Under the pieces are notes generated by a model. It did not search any database, had not been told where the DNA came from, and saw nothing but the letters and a program-made list of their open reading frames with translations. The position numbers and the translations under genes are program-made. From NCBI GenBank assembly GCA_963730305.1, contig CAVSRB010000004.1:1-64000 (forward strand): a stretch of DNA of 64,000 nt. The letters run 5' to 3'. Shown piece by piece: positions 59,051-64,000 of the stretch (positions are counted from its first letter, which is position 1; each line of letters begins with the position of its first letter). This DNA is from an uncultured Alphaproteobacteria bacterium (GTDB lineage Bacteria > Pseudomonadota > Alphaproteobacteria > Bin65).

Positions 59051-60424
59051 ATGGCGGAATTCCGTCGGCCCCGTTTCCCGAACGGGCCGTATCACTGTCG
59101 CACCGGTTACCGCGGGCCGCTGCTCGGCCTGACGCTCGCCGCGAGTTTGCTCGCCCTCGTCGGCGGCGCTGCGGATGCGCGCGCAGAAGGGAAGCCGCCG
59201 GCGAAGATCACCTACGCCGATATCCTGCGCGACCCCGACAATTTCGCGCTGAACCTCGCCTTCGCCCGTGCCGAGATCCGGCGCGGCCAGTTCCAGAGCG
59301 CGTCGACCGTCCTGAACCGGCTGGTCCTGCTCCGGCCGAACAGCCTCGCCGCCCGCGTGCTCTACGCGGTCGTGCTCTACCGGCTCGACAGCTTCAACGA
59401 GGCCAAGCGGCAGCTCGACCTGCTGCTGGCCCAGCCGCGCCTGCCCAAGCAATTGCGCAAGGAGTTGAGCATCTACCGCGCCGAGATCGGCCGGCGGCTG
59501 CGCAGCACCAACGTCCAGCTCATGACCTCGACCGGCGTGGCCGTCGACACCAACCCGAGCCGGCTGCCCAACGGCGACACCTTCGGCAGCCTGAACCTAT
59601 CGACCGCGGACAAGCGCAAGACCGACGTCGCGCTGGTCAACTATGCGCGCCTGTCGGTGGAGCACGACCTCGGCCTGCCCCAGCGGCAGGTGCTGTTCGG
59701 GTCGCTCGCCTACTACCACATGGAATACAAGGACACGCCGCGCGCCTCGCACCTGATCCTGTTCGGCAAGGCGGGGGCGCGCCTCCACTTCGGCGATTGG
59801 CAGGTGACGCCGAGGCTGGACGGCCAGTGGGCCTTCCTCTCCCACGAGCAGTTCATGCGCAGCCTGCAGGCGCGGCTGACGGTCGGCCGCGACCTCGGCC
59901 ACCGCACCCGCCTGTCCGGCTTCGTCGCCGCCGGGCCGCGGCTGTTCGACGGCCTGTCGGAATCGCCCGACCAGCGCCAGCGCACCGGCGCCGAATACCG
60001 AGGCGGCCTGACGCTGCGGCGGACGATCGGCGACAACATGGTGCTGAGGCTGGACGCCGAGTTCATCCGCCAGTCGGCGGCCGCCGACTATTACAGCCTC
60101 TCCGGCTACCGCCTGGCGCTCCATCACCGGTGGCGGTTCCACAACGGCATGTTCCTGCTCAGCCGCTTCGCCTGGCAGCTGGACCAGTATGACGGCCGCA
60201 ATTCAGCCGACGGGGTGGGCGACGCCCGGCGCGATTCGCGCTTCAACGTCGGCACGCTGCTGGGCGTGCCGCTGTTGACCATCGACCGCCGCCTGCCCGC
60301 CTTCTTCAACCGGTCCGCGGTGACGCTGGACGTGGACTACTGGACCAACGATTCGAACATCGGCCGCTACACCAACGACGCGTGGCGGTTCGTCGTCAGC
60401 TTCACCAAGCGGTTCGACCTGTGA
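59051..60424 (+). CDS. Outer-membrane beta-barrel protein with N-terminal TPR-like domain (DUF560/Slam-like), 457 aa
   Basis: Signal peptide, TPR-like helices (ALNLAFARAEIRRGQFQSA...), C-terminal ~300 aa of alternating amphipathic strands ending ...WRFVVSFTKRFDL. Confidence 0.5.
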   Translation: MAEFRRPRFPNGPYHCRTGYRGPLLGLTLAASLLALVGGAADARAEGKPPAKITYADILRDPDNFALNLAFARAEIRRGQFQSASTVLNRLVLLRPNSLAARVLYAVVLYRLDSFNEAKRQLDLLLAQPRLPKQLRKELSIYRAEIGRRLRSTNVQLMTSTGVAVDTNPSRLPNGDTFGSLNLSTADKRKTDVALVNYARLSVEHDLGLPQRQVLFGSLAYYHMEYKDTPRASHLILFGKAGARLHFGDWQVTPRLDGQWAFLSHEQFMRSLQARLTVGRDLGHRTRLSGFVAAGPRLFDGLSESPDQRQRTGAEYRGGLTLRRTIGDNMVLRLDAEFIRQSAAADYYSLSGYRLALHHRWRFHNGMFLLSRFAWQLDQYDGRNSADGVGDARRDSRFNVGTLLGVPLLTIDRRLPAFFNRSAVTLDVDYWTNDSNIGRYTNDAWRFVVSFTKRFDL

Positions 60425-60435
60425 GGAGCGAGACC

Positions 60436-61335
60436 GTGCGCCGCAAACCGATCACCCGCGCGACCGCCGCGCTCGCGATCATCGCCCTCGGCCCGATCAG
60501 CCTGGCGGGCCCGGCGTTCGCCCAGACCGGCAAGGAGGTGCGCGCCGGCGTCGCCGCCGCCATCACCGGCGACGTGCGCCGCGTGTCGTTCCGCACGCCG
60601 CACGCCAAGATCGGCCATGTCATCGCCAGCGGCGATCCGATCTATCTCGGCGACAAGATCACGACCGGGAGCAAGGGCCGGCTGCAGATCCTGCTGCAGG
60701 ACCGCACCACCTTCACCATCGGCTCGAACGCCGCGATCGTCATCGACGAGTTCGTCTATGACCCCAAGACGTCGAAGGGCAAGCTGTCCGCGCGCATCCT
60801 GAAGGGCGCGTTCCGCTTCGTCTCGGGTCGGATCGCGGCGCAGAACCCGGGCAACGTGAAGGTGAAGCTGCCAACGGCCGTGATCGGCATCCGCGGGACC
60901 ATCGTCCTCGGCATCGCCGACGGCACCCGGTCGGTCGTCGTGCTCGAGGGCGTCGGCCCCGAGAACAACATCGGCCAGGCGAAGAGCACCATCACGGTGA
61001 CCGCGGGCGGCCAGACCATCACGATCTACCGGACCGGCTGGGGCATCGTCATCCAGGGACCGGACACGCCCCCCGGTACGCCGATCCGCTTCGACGCCGC
61101 CGCGATCAACGCGATCCTGAAGTTCCTCGGCGACAATCTCGACGCGCTGGGGATCAACCCCGGCACGGTGCCGCCCTTCACCGTCGAGCCGCCGCGCGGC
61201 CCGATCTCGGGGCTGACCGAGCTGCTCCAGTTGATTCAGGACATTCAGAATGAGCTCAACCGGACGCCGGAGGTAACGCCGCCCCCACCACCGCCGCCGC
61301 CCCCGCCACCGTGCTGCTACTACGAAGAAGGCTGA
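60436..61335 (+). CDS. Secreted FecR-domain protein with C-terminal poly-proline and Cys-Cys tail (GTG start; ORF track start 60382)
   Basis: Signal peptide (AFA/QT), FecR-like beta-sandwich motifs (GDKITTGSKGRLQILLQDRTTFTIGSNAAIVIDEF), tail TPPPPPPPPPPPCCYYEEG. Confidence 0.6.
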   Translation: MRRKPITRATAALAIIALGPISLAGPAFAQTGKEVRAGVAAAITGDVRRVSFRTPHAKIGHVIASGDPIYLGDKITTGSKGRLQILLQDRTTFTIGSNAAIVIDEFVYDPKTSKGKLSARILKGAFRFVSGRIAAQNPGNVKVKLPTAVIGIRGTIVLGIADGTRSVVVLEGVGPENNIGQAKSTITVTAGGQTITIYRTGWGIVIQGPDTPPGTPIRFDAAAINAILKFLGDNLDALGINPGTVPPFTVEPPRGPISGLTELLQLIQDIQNELNRTPEVTPPPPPPPPPPPCCYYEEG

Positions 61336-61373
61336 TTCCGGCGCCGGTTGCGCGAGACCGCCACGGCCCCGCT

Positions 61374-61577
61374 CTAGACCTGCCAGAACCACTTGGCGCA
61401 TTCCTGGCGCCGGTCGGCCTCGGTGATGCCGATGTCGTGCAGTTGCCGGGCGTCGAGCACGAACAGCTGCCGGCGCGTCCGTGAGCGACGGCGCCAGGTG
61501 CGCGTCCGGGTGATCGCGATCCGGATCGGCCAGGCAAGCCGGGAACATCCGAACGTCCATATCCGCTCGGTCGTCAT
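61374..61577 (-). CDS. DUF1127 small protein, 67 aa
   Basis: C-terminal RRRSRTRRQLFVLDARQLHDIGITEADRRQECAKWFWQV matches DUF1127 hallmark (Arg-rich, DIGLtR, K.FW); GGAGG RBS; called from inside a longer spurious ORF. Confidence 0.65.
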   Translation of the reverse strand: MTTERIWTFGCSRLAWPIRIAITRTRTWRRRSRTRRQLFVLDARQLHDIGITEADRRQECAKWFWQV

Positions 61578-61723
61578 GGTCACAGCCTCCGCCGTCGTGC
61601 CGTCGTCATGGCCGCACCCTGACCCGAGAGGCCCGAAGGATGTTACGGTCGTTTCCGAAGCATCCGACCGGCCGTCGCGGGCATCCTTGCCGGAGCCGCC
61701 AGGGAGACGCCCCATGACCAGCA

Positions 61724-62421
61724 TGACCCGTTTCGCCGAGATCGCCGCCCAGGCCGGGAACCCGGCGCGCGCCACGATGCTGCACGCCCTCCTGGAGGGC
61801 CGCGCGCTGACCGCCAACGAGCTGTCCCAGGTCGCCGGCGTGGCCCCGCAGACCGGCAGCGGCCACCTGGCAAGCCTGGTCGCGGCGGGGCTGGTGTGCG
61901 TCCAGAAGCAAGGCCGGCACCGCTATCATCGGCTGGCGTCGCCCGCCGTCGCGCAGATGCTCGAAAGCATCATGCAGGTCGCCGCCGAGGGCGCGCCGAC
62001 ACCCTCACGGCTGGCCACGGGTCCGCGCGACGCCGCGCTGCGGGCGGGGCGGACCTGCTACGACCATTTGGCCGGCCGGCTCGGCGTCGCCCTGGCCGAT
62101 GGCCTCGCCGCCCGCGGCCATATCGAGCTCGACTGGGACGCGGGCCTGCTGACCGACAGCGGCAGCGCCCTGCTCGCGTCGATCGGCGTCGACATGGCGG
62201 CGCTGACGGGCCCGGGGCGCAAGTCGCACCGGGTCTTCTGCCGGCCGTGCCTCGACTGGAGCGAGCGCCGCCCCCACATCGCCGGCGCGGTCGGCGCCGC
62301 GCTGTGTTCGGTCAGCTTGGACAAGGGCTGGATCCGGCGGGTCGAGGGCAGCCGGGCGGTGGCGACGACCCCGGCCGGGCAACGAGCCTTGCGCGACTAT
62401 TTCGGGGTGACGGTCGGCTGA
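61724..62421 (+). CDS. ArsR/SmtB-family winged-helix transcriptional regulator with extended C-terminal domain, 232 aa
   Basis: HTH region LHALLEGRALTANELSQVAGVAPQTGSGHLASLVAAGLV; divergent from DUF1127 gene. Confidence 0.7.
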
Positions 62422-62508
62422 AACGCCGCCGGCCGGGCTTGACTGCCCCGCCCTGTCGTGCCGACATCAGGAGGTGTGACCAACTGATGACGGACCAGGC
62501 TCCCGCCG

Positions 62509-63288
62509 ATGCCCCGCTTTTCTGCCAACATCTCGATGATGTTCACCGAGCGTCCGCCGCTCGATCGGCCCAAGGCCGCGGCCGACGCCGGGTTCGCCGC
62601 CGTCGAGATCCAGTTCCCCTACGACACGCCCGCCGATGCCTGGGCGCGGGCGATCGAGGACGCCAAGGTCGGCGTGTCCGTGATCAACTTCCCGGTCGGC
62701 GACATGCACGACGGCGGACCGGGCCTGGCGGCGATGCCGGGACGCGAGGCCGCGTTCCGGGCGGCGGTCGCCGAGGCGGTGCCCTACGCCACCGCGCTCA
62801 AGCCGCGCAACTGCAACGTCCTGCCCGGCTTCCCGCCGGTCGACACGCTCGGGCGCGACACCTGCCTCGACGCGCTGGCCGGAAACCTGAGCCATGCCGC
62901 CGAGACCCTGTCGCCGCTCGGCGTCCGGGTGGTGACCGAGGCGGTCAACACGCAGGACCGGCCCGGCTTCTTCCTCAAGTCCAGCTCACAGGCGATCGAG
63001 GCGATCGACCGGGCGGGCCATCCCAACCTCGCGATCGAGCACGACCTCTATCACATGCATATCATGGAGGGCCGGCTGATCGAGCGGCTGGGCGAGATCT
63101 TCGGCCGGATCGGCCACATCCAGTTCGCCGATGCGCCGGGCCGGCACGAGCCGGGCACCGGGGAGATCGAGTTCGAACCGATCTTCCATGCGATCGACGA
63201 ACTCGGCTACGACGGCTGGGTCGCCGCCGAATACGTGCCCAGCAAGCGCACCGAGGAGACGCTGGACTGGCTGCAGCCCTGGCGGTGA
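62509..63288 (+). CDS. hyi: Hydroxypyruvate isomerase family (xylose-isomerase-like TIM barrel), 259 aa
   Basis: MPRFSANISMMFTE N-terminus and EHD/E metal-ligand pattern typical of Hyi/OtnI family. Confidence 0.8.
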   Translation: MPRFSANISMMFTERPPLDRPKAAADAGFAAVEIQFPYDTPADAWARAIEDAKVGVSVINFPVGDMHDGGPGLAAMPGREAAFRAAVAEAVPYATALKPRNCNVLPGFPPVDTLGRDTCLDALAGNLSHAAETLSPLGVRVVTEAVNTQDRPGFFLKSSSQAIEAIDRAGHPNLAIEHDLYHMHIMEGRLIERLGEIFGRIGHIQFADAPGRHEPGTGEIEFEPIFHAIDELGYDGWVAAEYVPSKRTEETLDWLQPWR

Positions 63289-63292
63289 CCGG

Positions 63293-64000
63293 CTAGGGCC
63301 GTTCCAGCGGAACGGTCAACGGGTTGTAGGAATAGAGCCAGTCGGACCGCTCGCGGTCCATGTCGCGCTTGGCGAACGCGTCGCGGAGCTGCTCGACGGT
63401 GTCGAGGTGGAAGAGCCAGCGGTTGTGCTGGGATTCGTCGACGATCCGGCGGGTGCGGGCCTTCCGGTTGTGCTCATACAGCCGGATCGCCTCCGGCACC
63501 GAGGCGCTGGCGTCCAGCGCCCGGGTCAGGACCGCGCCGTCCTCGACCGCCATCGCCGCGCCCTGCGCCATGTAGGGCAGGGTCGGATGGGCGGCGTCGC
63601 CGAGCAGCGTGGCGCGCTCGGTCGACCAGGTCTCCAGGTGGGGGCGGACGTTCAGCGCCCACTGATAGCATTCGGTCTTGTCGACGGTGTCGACGATGGT
63701 CTGGATGTCCGGGTGCCAGCCGACGAAGTCTTTCTTCAGCTCCTCCCACGGCCGCTTGAGGGTCCAGGACTCCTCGATCCATTCGTCCTGCTCGACGATG
63801 CCAACGAAGTTCAGCAGCTTGCCGCCGCGCAGGAAATAGATGACGGCGTGCTTGCCCGGCCCGACCCAGATCGACGACTTGCCCTCCAGGAAGTTGTCCG
63901 GCAGCCGCTCGGTCGGCACAGTCAGGCGCCAGGCGGAATCGCCGGTATAGGACGGCTTGTCCTCGCCGGCGATCTGACGGCGGACCGCCGACTTGATGCC
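63293..64000 (-). CDS. FAD-dependent aromatic monooxygenase (salicylate/3-hydroxybenzoate hydroxylase-like), C-terminal portion; gene continues beyond window end
   Basis: GDAAHPTLPYMAQGAAMAVEDG flavin-monooxygenase motif; reading frame open to position 64000. Confidence 0.75.
   Translation of the reverse strand, partial: GIKSAVRRQIAGEDKPSYTGDSAWRLTVPTERLPDNFLEGKSSIWVGPGKHAVIYFLRGGKLLNFVGIVEQDEWIEESWTLKRPWEELKKDFVGWHPDIQTIVDTVDKTECYQWALNVRPHLETWSTERATLLGDAAHPTLPYMAQGAAMAVEDGAVLTRALDASASVPEAIRLYEHNRKARTRRIVDESQHNRWLFHLDTVEQLRDAFAKRDMDRERSDWLYSYNPLTVPLERP

Noticed and set aside
1-64000. CRISPR arrays, rRNA genes, IS elements/transposases, prophage genes
   Set aside because: Scanned for regularly spaced short repeats, integrase/transposase-like ORFs and rRNA-like conserved stretches. 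None found.

Overview
High-GC (roughly 65-70%) chromosomal segment, alphaproteobacterial in character (protein families and ATGA-coupled operons resemble Rhizobiales-type soil bacteria). I support about 60 protein-coding genes and one tRNA-Leu(CAA). No integrase, transposase, CRISPR array or rRNA is visible. The content is mostly metabolic and transport genes. These include a GntR-controlled FAH/SDR/TRAP operon, a DsbB-COQ7 pair, a flotillin-NfeD operon, an orphan xanthine-dehydrogenase-family large subunit, and a hydrolase-coxM/L/S-like-RidA molybdoenzyme cluster. Further on are a TauE/Ldh2/SDR block, a second TRAP operon (two paralogous SBPs + DctQ + long DctM) followed by an IlvD/EDD dehydratase, queC, two tandem cupin genes each with a long palindromic intergenic element, patatin-bdhA, an RND efflux pair, an adenylate cyclase-TPR gene, and a Slam-like OMP + FecR-domain secreted protein. 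Most unusual: (1) a two-gene module encoding a soluble degenerate histidine-kinase-like protein (H-box retained, ATP-binding boxes degenerate) directly upstream of a HerA/DUF87 HAS-barrel ATPase with no NurA partner; (2) a non-secreted reductive-dehalogenase-like corrinoid/2x[4Fe-4S] protein co-operonic with an alpha/beta hydrolase; (3) a triple GGTTATC direct repeat at exact 10-bp period; (4) an 18-bp perfect palindrome in the GntR/FAH divergent promoter; (5) a DUF1127 small protein divergent from an ArsR regulator. Caveat: at least six, possibly seven, conserved genes are broken by single-base frameshifts (NUDIX, flotillin, XDH large subunit x2, TauE, IlvD/EDD, probably queC). That density points to uncorrected indel errors in the assembly rather than biology, and should be checked before any pseudogene interpretation. 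The six-frame track also contains many long shadow ORFs typical of high-GC DNA; I did not call them.
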